The notes: a model not told the origin generated them from the letters alone. Positions 1 to 8,871 are shown, counted from the stretch's first letter. The stretch is 50,097 nucleotides of DNA from Bacilli bacterium (GCA_041675825.1 JBAYTC010000002.1:1-50097), one strand, 5' to 3'. Program-made: numbers and translations.

Positions 1-762
1 CTAAAAATGTCAATAAATTTAACGTTTGAAGAAGCTTGTTTTGGAGTTGAAAAAGAAGTAAATGTTACTAAATTAGATACTTGTCATGATTGTAGTGGAA
101 CTGGTGCTCAGTCTAGAGACGATATAGAAGTATGTAAGAGATGTCATGGTACAGGTCGTGTAACTGTTGTCCAAAATAGTTTATTTGGCAGAGTTCAAAC
201 TGAAGCAAGTTGTTCTGAATGTAGTGGAACCGGTAAAAAGATTAAGAACAAATGTAATACTTGTCACGGAGATGGCAGAGTTCGTAAATCAACACCGATT
301 AAATTTAGAATTCCTTCAGGTGTTGATAACGGTCAAACATTAACTCTTCCAGGTAAAGGTGAAGCGGGAACAAATGGTGGTTTACATGGTGATTTGTATA
401 TTCAAGTCAATGTTAGTCCACATGAATTCTTTGAACGAGATGGTTTAGATATTCATTTAGAATTACCAGTTACTTTTTCTCAAGTGGCATTAGGTGATAC
501 AATTGAAGTACCAACTATATCAGGTAAGAGTGCATTAAAAATCCCTTCAGGAACCCAAACAGGAACTGTATTTAAATTATCAAATAAAGGTATTACGAAT
601 GGAAGAACTAACGCTACAGGTAATCAATATGTTCATGTTAGTGTTGTTACTCCTCAAAAGTTAACTGCAGAACAAAAAGATTTATTTACTAAATTAAGTA
701 AAACTAATGAAACATCAAGTACAGTGTTTAGTAAATTAAAAAAATTCTTTTCAAATAAATAG
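1..762 (+). CDS. dnaJ: Molecular chaperone DnaJ, C-terminal part (5' end lies upstream of the window; the ATG at 7 is internal)
   Basis: Frame is open from nt 1. Four CxxCxGxG zinc-finger repeats (CHDCSGTG, CKRCHGTG, CSECSGTG, CNTCHGDG) are followed by a typical DnaJ C-terminal substrate-binding domain. Confidence 0.93.
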   Translation, partial: LKMSINLTFEEACFGVEKEVNVTKLDTCHDCSGTGAQSRDDIEVCKRCHGTGRVTVVQNSLFGRVQTEASCSECSGTGKKIKNKCNTCHGDGRVRKSTPIKFRIPSGVDNGQTLTLPGKGEAGTNGGLHGDLYIQVNVSPHEFFERDGLDIHLELPVTFSQVALGDTIEVPTISGKSALKIPSGTQTGTVFKLSNKGITNGRTNATGNQYVHVSVVTPQKLTAEQKDLFTKLSKTNETSSTVFSKLKKFFSNK

Positions 763-774
763 AATAATTATATT

Positions 775-821
775 AGTATGATATATCGATAATCAGTCTT
801 TATGATATATCATACTTTTTT
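775..821 (+). terminator. Rho-independent terminator after dnaJ
   Basis: 13-bp stem AGTATGATATATC / GATATATCATACT (775-815) followed by a T6 run (816-821). Confidence 0.75.
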
Positions 822-858
822 AATGACAAAAAAAATCCAACAAAAACCGAACTTTTTG

Positions 859-867
859 TGCTATAAT
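859..867 (+). promoter_or_regulatory. Extended -10 promoter element TGcTATAAT for the rsmE-mtaB-cshB run
   Basis: TGc-TATAAT at 859-867, only 5 nt upstream of the AAGGTGG Shine-Dalgarno (873-878) and 17 nt from ATG 885. The same cassette recurs before dinB, apt, nusB and recU. Confidence 0.5.
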
Positions 868-884
868 ATATAAGGTGGTATTTT

Positions 885-1604
885 ATGCAAAGATATTTTA
901 TAAATGAAAATCAAATAAATAATAATGTTGTCAGGATTATAAATGAAGATGTTCATCACATCAAGAATGTTATGAGAATGAAAATTAATGATAAAATTAT
1001 AGCTGTATCCGATCATAATGTTTATTTATGTGAAATTATTAGTTATGATGGTTTTGTTGAGGCTAGAATTATTGAAGAAATAAACGAAAATAATGAATTG
1101 TTAATTGATGTTACAATTGCTCAAGGTTTGGTTAGACGTGAAAAAACTGAGGAAGTAATCAGAAGAATAACTGAACTTGGAGCAACTAAATATATTCCTG
1201 TTAATATGAAACGATCTATTGTTAAAGTTAAAGAAGCTAAAACAGATCGTTGGAATAAGATTGTTAAAGAAGCGAGTGAACAATCACACAGAAATCGACT
1301 AATGAGCATTAATGAAGTTATTTCTATTAATGAACTTATAAAAGATAGAGTAAATTATGATTTATGTTTATTTGCCCATGTAGATAATCAAAAATTATCA
1401 CTACAGGATTATTTATTAGACTTTAAAGGGAAGAGCATATTAGTTTTAGTTGGGCCAGAAGGTGGATTTGATCCTTCTGAAGTTAAATTATTAATTAATA
1501 ATGGCTTTAAAATGGTTTCTTTAGGTAATTTAGTTCTTAGAACTGAGACAGCACCTTTATATATTATGAGTATTTTAAATAGTAAATTTGGAGAATCAAA
1601 ATGA
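885..1604 (+). CDS. rsmE: 16S rRNA (uracil1498-N3)-methyltransferase RsmE
   Basis: MQRYF N-terminus, GPEGGF...E motif and LG..VLRTETA C-terminal motif typical of RsmE/YqeU. Position after dnaJ matches Bacillus. Confidence 0.9.
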   Translation: MQRYFINENQINNNVVRIINEDVHHIKNVMRMKINDKIIAVSDHNVYLCEIISYDGFVEARIIEEINENNELLIDVTIAQGLVRREKTEEVIRRITELGATKYIPVNMKRSIVKVKEAKTDRWNKIVKEASEQSHRNRLMSINEVISINELIKDRVNYDLCLFAHVDNQKLSLQDYLLDFKGKSILVLVGPEGGFDPSEVKLLINNGFKMVSLGNLVLRTETAPLYIMSILNSKFGESK

Positions 1605-2893
1605 AAGTAAGTTATTATTCACTGGGATGTAAGGTTAATCTATATGAAAGTGAAGCAGTTATTAATCAATTTATTGATAATGGATTTGAATTAGGAAATT
1701 TCCACGATGTTTGTGATGTATATATTATTAACACTTGTAGTATTACTGAAGTGAGTGATTCTAAAAGTAGGAAAATGATTCGTCAAGCAATTAAGAAAAA
1801 TAATGAAGCTGTAGTTGCTGTAATGGGTTGTTATGCTCAATTGAAACCTGAAGATATTAAAGCAATTGAAGGCGTAGATGTTTTAGTTGGAACAAACAAT
1901 CGTCATTTATTATTTCCGCTTGTTATGGAAAATCTTGAGAGTAAGAAGAAAATAACCCTTATTGATGATATTATGAAGGTTAAGGAATACGAAGAAGTTA
2001 AAATAAACCGCTATAATAATAAAACCAGGGGATTTGTTAAGATACAAGATGGATGTAATAATTTTTGTAGTTATTGTACTATCCCTTATGCTAGAGGTTT
2101 AGTTAGAAGTAGAAATAAAAATGAAGTTATCGATGAAATAAAGTTACTTGTTAAAAATGGGATGAAGGAGATTATTCTTACTGGTATCAATACTGCAAGT
2201 TATGGAAGAGATTTTGAAAACTATCGTTTTAGTGATTTGTTAAGAGATATTTATAATGAAATCCCTGAATTAGTACGTTTAAGAATTTCATCAATTGAAA
2301 TTACTGAAATTAATGATGAAGTTTTACAAGTTTTATATAATAACAAAGATCGTTTTTGCTTACATTTCCACATACCACTTCAAGGTGGTAGTAACAAAGT
2401 ATTAAGACGTATGAATCGTAAATATAATTTAGAAGAATATCTTCAACATATAAATAAAATAAGAGAGATGTTTCCTGGGGTTAACATTACAACTGATGTT
2501 CTAGCAGGTTTTGCATCGGAAAGTGATGAAGATTTTAAAGAAGCTTGTGATTTTGTTAATAAAATAGGATATGGTGATATGCATGTGTTTCCATATTCTA
2601 AAAGACCTATGACTGCAGCATATAATTATTCAGATCATGTGAATGAAATCACTAAACAATTAAGAGTAAATGAATTAATTAGAATTGCTCAAGAAAATGG
2701 TTTGAAATACCGCCAATCATGGGTAAACAGGGAAGTTTTAGTATTGGTAGAAAAATCAGTAAATGGAATTTGTTATGGTCACACATCCAATTATTTGGAA
2801 GTAGAGTTTAAAGGTAATAAAGAACAAAATGATTTAATTAAAGTTAAGATAACTGAAGCCGGTTATCCAAAATGTAAGGGAGTGATGATATGA
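1601..2893 (+). CDS. mtaB: tRNA threonylcarbamoyladenosine methylthiotransferase MtaB (radical SAM)
   Basis: UPF0004 N-domain (YSLGCKVNLYESE), radical-SAM CNNFCSYCTIPYARG and a TRAM-like C-terminus. ATGA overlap with rsmE. yqeU-yqeV synteny. Confidence 0.88.
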   Translation: MKVSYYSLGCKVNLYESEAVINQFIDNGFELGNFHDVCDVYIINTCSITEVSDSKSRKMIRQAIKKNNEAVVAVMGCYAQLKPEDIKAIEGVDVLVGTNNRHLLFPLVMENLESKKKITLIDDIMKVKEYEEVKINRYNNKTRGFVKIQDGCNNFCSYCTIPYARGLVRSRNKNEVIDEIKLLVKNGMKEIILTGINTASYGRDFENYRFSDLLRDIYNEIPELVRLRISSIEITEINDEVLQVLYNNKDRFCLHFHIPLQGGSNKVLRRMNRKYNLEEYLQHINKIREMFPGVNITTDVLAGFASESDEDFKEACDFVNKIGYGDMHVFPYSKRPMTAAYNYSDHVNEITKQLRVNELIRIAQENGLKYRQSWVNREVLVLVEKSVNGICYGHTSNYLEVEFKGNKEQNDLIKVKITEAGYPKCKGVMI

Positions 2894-4218
2894 CATTTAA
2901 AGATTTTAAATTAAAAGATTATATCTATAAGAGTTTAAATGATTTATCATTTACAACTCCAACAAAAATACAGGAATTAATAATACCAAAAGTTTTAAAG
3001 AATCAAAATGTTATTGGTAAATCAAGTACCGGAACAGGTAAGACTCATTCATTTTTAATTCCTATTGTACAAAAACTAGATGAGAATTTAAATGAAGTTC
3101 AATCTGTAATAATTTCACCAACTAGAGAACTAGCATTACAGTTATATAATGAAACGATGAAACTTCTAAAATATGTAGATGGTGTAGATGTTAGGTTATA
3201 TGTAGGTGGATCAAACAGAGATGCTGAGATTAAAAGGTTAGAATCTTCTCAGCCACAAATTGTTATAGGTACTATCGGTAAAATTAAAGATTTAGGAGTT
3301 GAATCTAATATTCTAAAGATTCATACTTGTAAAACTGTTGTTATTGATGAAGCTGATATGGTTCTAGAATCAAGTGAACTGCAAGAGTTTGATAGCTTAT
3401 TTGGAAAATTTGATAGTGATGTACAAATATTAACTTTTTCAGCAACCATTCCTATGGATCTTGTTAAGTTTATTAACAAATACTTAGATAAGAGTGAACT
3501 TGTTGATATTACCAGCAATGAAATATCAAAGGATTCAATTGAACATGTATTTATACCAACCAAGAATAAAAGCAAGCCTGAGTTGCTATATAATGTATTA
3601 ACTAGTTTTAATCCTTATTTAGCATTGATTTTTGCAAATACTAAAGACATGGTTGATCAAATATCAGAATTCTTAGGAGAAAAGGGATTACCTATAGTAA
3701 AATTGACAGGTAGATTAGAAGCTCGTGAAAGAAAACAAGTTTTAAAAAGAATAAAAGATGGTAAAATTCAGTATGTTGTTGCAAGTGATATTGCTTCTCG
3801 TGGAATTGATATTGAAGGAGTAAGTCATATTATTAATTATGAATTACCTGAAGATATTGAGTTTTATATTCATAGAAGCGGAAGAACTGCTAGACATTTA
3901 TTTACAGGAACATGTATTTCACTCTATGATTTTTCTGATGATAGGTACATTAATCGTTTAGAAGAAAAAGGTTTAAAATGCGTTTATAAAGTTCTTAAAG
4001 ACAATGAATTGGTAGTTACTAGAGATAGAAATTTCTTTAGTAAAAAAACCAAGGAAGTTAGTCAAATTGAAGAAGATTTACATAAAAAAATCCCAGTTCC
4101 AAAAAAAGTAAAACCGGGATACAAAAAGAAAAGAAACGAAATGATTAAAAAACAATTAACGAAAATGAAGAGAAAGAAAATTGACTCTTTGTATCATGAT
4201 CGTTTACATAAGAAATAA
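2890..4218 (+). CDS. cshB: DEAD-box ATP-dependent RNA helicase, CshB-like
   Basis: Q motif (FTTPTKIQ), Walker A SSTGTGKTHSF, PTRELA, DEAD, SAT, HRSGRTAR, and a Lys-rich tail with PKKVKPGYKKK as I recall for Bacillus CshB. Confidence 0.82.
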   Translation: MTFKDFKLKDYIYKSLNDLSFTTPTKIQELIIPKVLKNQNVIGKSSTGTGKTHSFLIPIVQKLDENLNEVQSVIISPTRELALQLYNETMKLLKYVDGVDVRLYVGGSNRDAEIKRLESSQPQIVIGTIGKIKDLGVESNILKIHTCKTVVIDEADMVLESSELQEFDSLFGKFDSDVQILTFSATIPMDLVKFINKYLDKSELVDITSNEISKDSIEHVFIPTKNKSKPELLYNVLTSFNPYLALIFANTKDMVDQISEFLGEKGLPIVKLTGRLEARERKQVLKRIKDGKIQYVVASDIASRGIDIEGVSHIINYELPEDIEFYIHRSGRTARHLFTGTCISLYDFSDDRYINRLEEKGLKCVYKVLKDNELVVTRDRNFFSKKTKEVSQIEEDLHKKIPVPKKVKPGYKKKRNEMIKKQLTKMKRKKIDSLYHDRLHKK

Positions 4219-4220
4219 AC

Positions 4221-4247
4221 AAAAAAAGCTTCTTTGGAAGCTTTTTT
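4221..4247. terminator. Bidirectional hairpin terminator shared by convergent cshB and rpmG
   Basis: A7 - AAGCTTC tttg GAAGCTT - T4, i.e. U-tracts on both strands. Confidence 0.8.
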
Positions 4248-4278
4248 GTTAGAACGCTCATTTATTTTAGAAATGAGA

Positions 4279-4434
4279 TTATTTCTTAGTTTTTTCTTTA
4301 TGTAAAGTTTGTTTTTTGCACTTTGGACAAAATTTCATTTGTTCAATTCTATCTGGAGTATTTTTTTTATTTTTTTCTGTTAAATAATTTTCATCTCCGC
4401 AAACTGTGCATTTCATTAAGAAAGTAATGCGCAT
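4279..4434 (-). CDS. rpmG: 50S ribosomal protein L33 (zinc-ribbon type)
   Basis: Not in the ORF track (51 codons). Manual translation gives MRITFLMKCTVCGDENYLTEKNKKNTPDRIEQMKFCPKCKKQTLHKEKTKK. CxxC...CxxC, length and sequence are typical of L33. GGAGGA Shine-Dalgarno lies 6 nt upstream of the ATG. Confidence 0.9.
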   Translation of the reverse strand: MRITFLMKCTVCGDENYLTEKNKKNTPDRIEQMKFCPKCKKQTLHKEKTKK

Positions 4435-4466
4435 AGTGATTCCTCCTAACAATTTAATTCTTACTA

Positions 4467-4495
4467 ATTATACTATACATATTTATAAAATGCAA
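4467..4495 (-). promoter_or_regulatory. Sigma-A type promoter for rpmG
   Basis: On the minus strand: TTGCAT (4495-4490), 17-nt spacer, TATAAT (4472-4467). Confidence 0.5.
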
Positions 4496-4538
4496 GATAT
4501 TTTTTTATTTGATAAAGGTATCTATTATTTATTTTTTG

Positions 4539-4567
4539 TTGAAATAATATGGAGTCTATGGTATTAT
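4539..4567 (+). promoter_or_regulatory. Candidate sigma-A promoter upstream of the transposase fragment and ispG
   Basis: TTGAAA (4539-4544), 17-nt spacer, TATTAT (4562-4567). Confidence 0.4.
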
Positions 4568-4634
4568 ATTATAAGGAAGTAATTCCTTATTAAATATCAA
4601 AGGAGGATATGCTATTTAATAGTATGTAATAATT

Positions 4635-5075
4635 ATGAATCTAGACACTATTGAAATTATTGAAGAGATTGTAAAAGCCCCGAAATTAACAAAAGAAGAA
4701 AAGAAGAAACTTAGAGTTATTAAAAGGGTTATTAATAATGAAATTAATGGACCAAGAGCTGCTAAATTACTTAAAGTTTCTACAAGACAAGTAAGAAATT
4801 TAAAAAGACAAGTATATTTAGAAGGAAATCAAGGTATTATTCATAAAAATAGATATAATAAACCTGCAAATACATATGATGATGATATTAGAACAGAATT
4901 AGCTCATATTTATAGAACTGAATATAAAGGGGTTAATTTTACGGTATTTGCTAAAATTATGCAAGAAGAAAGAGGCTTTATTCAATCTAGAAGTACTATT
5001 TATAATATCTTAAGACAAAAAAGAATTAGAAGTCCTCAAAGAAAGAAAGTTAAAAGAAATGTTAAGAAAGCCTAG
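4635..5075 (+). pseudogene. ISNCY-family (IS1202-like) transposase, N-terminal HTH fragment only; no DDE/rve catalytic domain
   Basis: The pattern ...GPRAAKLLKVSTRQVRNLKRQ...GIIHKNRYNKPAN...[47 protein letters not shown] matches the N-terminal ~140 aa of ISNCY transposases as I remember them (IHGNRGRKPA..., LY..KY...N.THF.E.L.E.EGI.VS..TV.RIL). It stops after 146 aa inside the ispG start region. There is no Shine-Dalgarno before ATG 4635. Confidence 0.55.
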
Positions 5076-6123
5076 TAAAGAAATTCATATTGGTAATCTA
5101 GTAATAGGGGGGAATAATCCTATACTAATTCAAAGTATGACTAATACTAGGACAAAGGATGTTTCCAAAACGGTTGAACAAATCTTAAAACTTGAGGAAA
5201 TTGGTTGCCAAATTATTAGGGTTTCCGTACTTGACATAGAAGATGCAAAAGCAATAAAAGAAATTAAAAAGCATATTAATATTCCAATTGTCGCAGATAT
5301 TCATTTTGATTACCGTTTAGCTTTAGAATCAATAGAATCAGGTATTGATAAACTTAGAATTAATCCAGGTAATATTGGATCTATTGATCGAGTCGAAAAA
5401 GTTGTAAATGCTTGTAAACAAAAGAATATTCCAATTAGAATTGGGGTTAATCTTGGTTCTTTAGATAAACAAATTCTATCTACATATGGAAGAACAGCCC
5501 AAGCTCTTGTTGAAAGTGCTTTAAAACATATAAAAATTCTTGAAGATTTAGATTTTCATAATATAGTTGTTTCACTTAAGGCAAGTGATGTTGCTATGAC
5601 TGTTGAAGCATATAAACTAGCCTCAGAAAAATTTGAATATCCACTACATATTGGTATTACTGAAGCGGGTACTATGTTTAGTGGGACTATTAAGTCCTCA
5701 ATTGGAGTAGGAATTCTATTGAATGAAGGTATTGGTGATACATTAAGGATATCTCTTGCGGCTGATCCGATTGAAGAAGTTCGAGTTGCAAAAGAAATAC
5801 TTTCAACATTTGGATTATACCAAAAACCGATATTAATCGCATGTCCTACATGTGGAAGAACCCAATATAATATGTTTGAAATTGTTAATGAAATAGAATC
5901 ATTTTTAGAAACACTTAAAAACACTAAAATCAAAGTTGCAATTATGGGATGCGTTGTAAACGGTCCAGGGGAAGCAAGTGATGCTGATGTAGGTATTGCC
6001 GGAGGAATTAATGAAGCTTTACTTTTTAAAAATGGTAAAATAATTAAAAAAGTTCCACAGGATAGGATTGTCGATACTTTAAAACAGGAAATATTAAATA
6101 TAATTTCAAAAAATGAAGGTTAA
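5059..6123 (+). CDS. ispG: 4-hydroxy-3-methylbut-2-en-1-yl diphosphate synthase (flavodoxin), MEP pathway
   Basis: [35 protein letters not shown] and the CPTCGR...GCVVNGPGE Fe-S cluster motifs. N-terminus aligns with Bacillus IspG. Confidence 0.93.
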   Translation: MLRKPSKEIHIGNLVIGGNNPILIQSMTNTRTKDVSKTVEQILKLEEIGCQIIRVSVLDIEDAKAIKEIKKHINIPIVADIHFDYRLALESIESGIDKLRINPGNIGSIDRVEKVVNACKQKNIPIRIGVNLGSLDKQILSTYGRTAQALVESALKHIKILEDLDFHNIVVSLKASDVAMTVEAYKLASEKFEYPLHIGITEAGTMFSGTIKSSIGVGILLNEGIGDTLRISLAADPIEEVRVAKEILSTFGLYQKPILIACPTCGRTQYNMFEIVNEIESFLETLKNTKIKVAIMGCVVNGPGEASDADVGIAGGINEALLFKNGKIIKKVPQDRIVDTLKQEILNIISKNEG

Positions 6124-6139
6124 ACTCTTCATTTTTTTT
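6112..6139 (+). terminator. Hairpin terminator overlapping the ispG stop
   Basis: AATGAAG gttaaact CTTCATT followed by a T-run to 6139. Confidence 0.55.
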
Positions 6140-6211
6140 AAAAAAGCAAGTAAGGTTTGCTAGACTTTATAGTTCTATATTGTTATAATAATTGTGGAAG
6201 AGGTGAAATAT

Positions 6212-6913
6212 ATGTTTTCTACAAATTTATTTGGTTCTTATTTATCAAAATTAAGAAAAGATGCAGATATGACTCAAAGTGATTTAGCTATAATGCTTAA
6301 TGTCACAAGACAAGCAGTTTCAAGCTATGAAGTTGGAGATTGTTTTCCGGATATTACTATTTTAATTGAAATATCGAAAATTTTTAAAGTCTCAGTAGAT
6401 GATCTAATTAATGCAGGTAATGCAACAAAGAAGGAAGCAATAATACTCAGAAAGATTATTTACAATGATGAGGATTTTTCTAATACTGATCCAATGGATA
6501 TTGTTAATTTGGCTCCGTTGTTAAAACCTAGCGTTTTAAGTAAACTTACAAAAAGTTTTAATAGTCATGGTATAGAAATAGATAATATTGTTGAACTAGC
6601 CAGATATTTAAATGATGAAGCAATAATTTCATCTTTAACAAAATCTAATATTGATGTATTGGATACAAATTTATTATATAAATTAATCCCTATTCTAAAT
6701 GAAGATTCGAGAAATGCTATTTTTCAAAAAATTCTAGATGGAGAAGCAGATTGGCATTTAATCAAAGTTTTATTAAATGAAAGTTATTACGTTCGTGAAT
6801 TAATAGAAGCGGCTGTTGTTGAAGGAGTCTTACCTTGGGAAGCTTTAGAACTACAAAGACAAAGTTTAGTTGACATTTTTAATAAAGAACAAAAAAGAAA
6901 AATCGTTTCATAA
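6212..6913 (+). CDS. XRE/Cro-C1 family HTH transcriptional regulator with a C-terminal helical-repeat domain
   Basis: Track ORF (GTG 6194) trimmed to ATG 6212 behind a GAGGTG Shine-Dalgarno. N-terminal HTH_3 pattern (LRKDADMTQSDLAIMLNVTRQAVSSYEVGDCFPDITILIEISKIFKVSVDDLI). The C-terminal ~160 aa is unassigned. Confidence 0.75.
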   Translation: MFSTNLFGSYLSKLRKDADMTQSDLAIMLNVTRQAVSSYEVGDCFPDITILIEISKIFKVSVDDLINAGNATKKEAIILRKIIYNDEDFSNTDPMDIVNLAPLLKPSVLSKLTKSFNSHGIEIDNIVELARYLNDEAIISSLTKSNIDVLDTNLLYKLIPILNEDSRNAIFQKILDGEADWHLIKVLLNESYYVRELIEAAVVEGVLPWEALELQRQSLVDIFNKEQKRKIVS

Positions 6914-6914
6914 T

Positions 6915-6946
6915 AAAAAACCACAACAGATGTTGTGGCTTTTTTA
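6915..6946. terminator. Bidirectional terminator between the XRE gene and rarA
   Basis: A6 - CCACAAC aga(t) GTTGTGG - CTTTTTT. Serves both convergent genes. Confidence 0.75.
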
Positions 6947-8161
6947 TTTATTAGTTTTTTTTGCTTTCATAATAGCATCATATCTTTCTTTTAAAGATTG
7001 TTCATATTTTGATGTTGTTTTTGGTTCAAAATATATAACATCTTTAATTGCATTAGGCAAATATTGTTGATCTATCCAAGCCCCAGGATAATCATGGGGA
7101 TATAAATATTCGTCCTTGTAAGGTTTAAGATTTTCAGGAAGTGGACCAGTATTGCCATTTTCAATATCGTTTAAGGCTTTATCAATTGCTAAATAAGCAG
7201 AGTTCGATTTTGGTGATAATGCCATTTCACAGACAATTACACTTAAAGGGATTCTTGCTTCTGGCATACCAACCTCAAGTGCTATTTCAGAGGCAGCTTT
7301 GACTTTTGGACCCATACTAGGATTAGCTAAACCAATATCCTCATAACAAATAACAGAAAGACGTCTAATTAGTGGTATTAAATCATCGGCCAAAAGGAGT
7401 TTGGCAAGATAATGAACACTTGCATTAACATCACTCCCTCTAATAGACTTTTGTAATCCACTCAAATTATCGTAATAGTTATCTGCATCTTTATCACTTA
7501 CTAATGCTGGTTTTTGGATGATAGTTTTTGCAATGTCTAAATCAATTTTGTCATCATTAATTATGTTTAAGATTCCCTCTAGAGAATTAATTAAAAATCT
7601 AACTTCACCAGCTGATTTATTAATAATATATTCTCTAGCTTCATCAGTAATAGTTATTTTATTATTGATTTTGTTAATTGTTGATAAAAGTGCAATGTTT
7701 AAATCTTCTTTAGATAATTCTTTTAATTTGAATATAAGTGTTCTAGATCTAATAGCAGGGTTTACAGAGTGATAAGGATTAATTGTTGTTAATCCGATTA
7801 GTATTACTTGTCCCTTTTCAACAAAAGGTAATAAATAATCTTGAATATCTTTTTTCATTCGATGGATTTCATCAACTATTAATACAAAACGATCGTGAAG
7901 ATTTCCCATTTCAATTGCTAACTTTAAGGTTTGTTTATTATCAGTAGATGCGTTAAATGCTATATAATTGAGTTTTAGTTCCTCGCAAATAACTAATGCT
8001 AATGTAGTTTTCCCGATTCCAGGATTACCATAAAGAATTAAGGAAGAAATCTTATTATTTTTAATCATTCTTCTTATCGGTCCATTTGGTCCTATGAGAT
8101 GGGTTTGACCAAATATATCATCGAGTCTAGTTGGTCGTAATTTGAATGCTAAAGGTTCCAT
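6944..8161 (-). CDS. rarA: Replication-associated recombination protein A (AAA+ ATPase RarA/MgsA)
   Basis: LAFKLRPTRLDDIFGQTHL, Walker A GNPGIGKTTLA, Walker B VDEIHR and the MgsA C-terminal domain. Start set to ATG 8161, where GGAGA sits 8 nt upstream. In-frame ATGs at 8170 and 8176 are alternatives. Confidence 0.9.
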   Translation of the reverse strand: MEPLAFKLRPTRLDDIFGQTHLIGPNGPIRRMIKNNKISSLILYGNPGIGKTTLALVICEELKLNYIAFNASTDNKQTLKLAIEMGNLHDRFVLIVDEIHRMKKDIQDYLLPFVEKGQVILIGLTTINPYHSVNPAIRSRTLIFKLKELSKEDLNIALLSTINKINNKITITDEAREYIINKSAGEVRFLINSLEGILNIINDDKIDLDIAKTIIQKPALVSDKDADNYYDNLSGLQKSIRGSDVNASVHYLAKLLLADDLIPLIRRLSVICYEDIGLANPSMGPKVKAASEIALEVGMPEARIPLSVIVCEMALSPKSNSAYLAIDKALNDIENGNTGPLPENLKPYKDEYLYPHDYPGAWIDQQYLPNAIKDVIYFEPKTTSKYEQSLKERYDAIMKAKKTNK

Positions 8162-8303
8162 ATTTATCATCTCCATATATATGATTTTATCATAATAAGT
8201 CTTAAAAGTAAAAGTAATTAAACAAAAATTAAATAATGTTTATAAATGACAATATTATAAAAATTTTAAATGAATAAAATATCTAGCATTTTTCTTGAAA
8301 TTT

Positions 8304-8312
8304 TGCTATAAT
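8304..8312 (+). promoter_or_regulatory. Extended -10 element TGcTATAAT before apt
   Basis: TGCTATAAT at 8304-8312, AGGAGG at 8322-8327, ATG at 8338. Confidence 0.45.
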
Positions 8313-8337
8313 ATTACTATTAGGAGGTATTATATTA

Positions 8338-8850
8338 ATGGATTACAAAAAATACATACAAGACGTTAAGGATTTTCCAATTGATGGGATTCTATTTAGG
8401 GATATTACCCCTTTGATGGCAGATGGTGAAGCTTTTAAATCAGCATGTGATGAGTTAACAGAATTTGCTAAAGAAGTGAATGCGGAGGTCATTGTAGGAC
8501 CAGAGTCAAGAGGTTTTATCTTTGGTTGTCCAATTGCCGCAAATTTAGGTGTAGGGTTTATTCCAGTTAGAAAACCTAATAAACTACCTCGTGAAACAGT
8601 AGAAGTTTCATATTCATTAGAATATGGCACTAATACACTATGCATGCATAAGGATGCTATAATTCCAGGACAAAAAGTACTTATTATAGATGATTTGCTT
8701 GCAACTGGCGGAACAATTAAAGCCGCTATTAAACTTGTAGAAGAGTTAGGTGGAATTGTAACCGGAGTAGCATTCTTAATTGAATTAGAAGATTTAGAAG
8801 GAAGAAAACTATTAGATAAATACACAATTAAAACTTTAATGAAATATTAA
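8338..8850 (+). CDS. apt: Adenine phosphoribosyltransferase
   Basis: 170 aa with the PRPP-binding motif [13 protein letters not shown]. apt-relA-dtd order as in Bacillus. Confidence 0.93.
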   Translation: MDYKKYIQDVKDFPIDGILFRDITPLMADGEAFKSACDELTEFAKEVNAEVIVGPESRGFIFGCPIAANLGVGFIPVRKPNKLPRETVEVSYSLEYGTNTLCMHKDAIIPGQKVLIIDDLLATGGTIKAAIKLVEELGGIVTGVAFLIELEDLEGRKLLDKYTIKTLMKY

Positions 8851-8871
8851 AAAAATAAAGGAGGTGAACAT

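Noticed and set aside
4599-4629. Strong AAAGGAGG Shine-Dalgarno followed by a 6-codon ORF (MLFNSM) upstream of the transposase fragment; considered as a leader peptide.
   Set aside because: The SD-to-ATG spacing is only 2 nt and the peptide has no regulatory-codon logic. It is more likely a relic of the original IS or gene start. It is mentioned under the IS-stub finding only.
6870-7070. 66-aa plus-strand ORF overlapping the XRE gene end, the terminator and the rarA 3' end.
   Set aside because: It runs through a bidirectional terminator hairpin and is antisense to rarA. It has no Shine-Dalgarno.
8343-8825. 160-aa minus-strand ORF opposite apt. Similar antisense ORFs in the track are at 1101-1283, 1121-1309, 3321-3575, 5556-5933, 7518-7772, 10749-10982, 11205-11432, 17129-17311, 19292-19489, 25010-25315, 26052-26321, 28609-28935, 29350-29631, 30232-30420, 32665-32901, 35414-35605, 37218-37421, 41312-41563, 43226-43435 and 46825-47061.
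   Set aside because: All lie entirely inside well-supported genes on the other strand. They have low-complexity Ser/Leu/Ile/Phe-rich translations typical of shadow frames in AT-rich DNA, no Shine-Dalgarno and no recognisable motifs.
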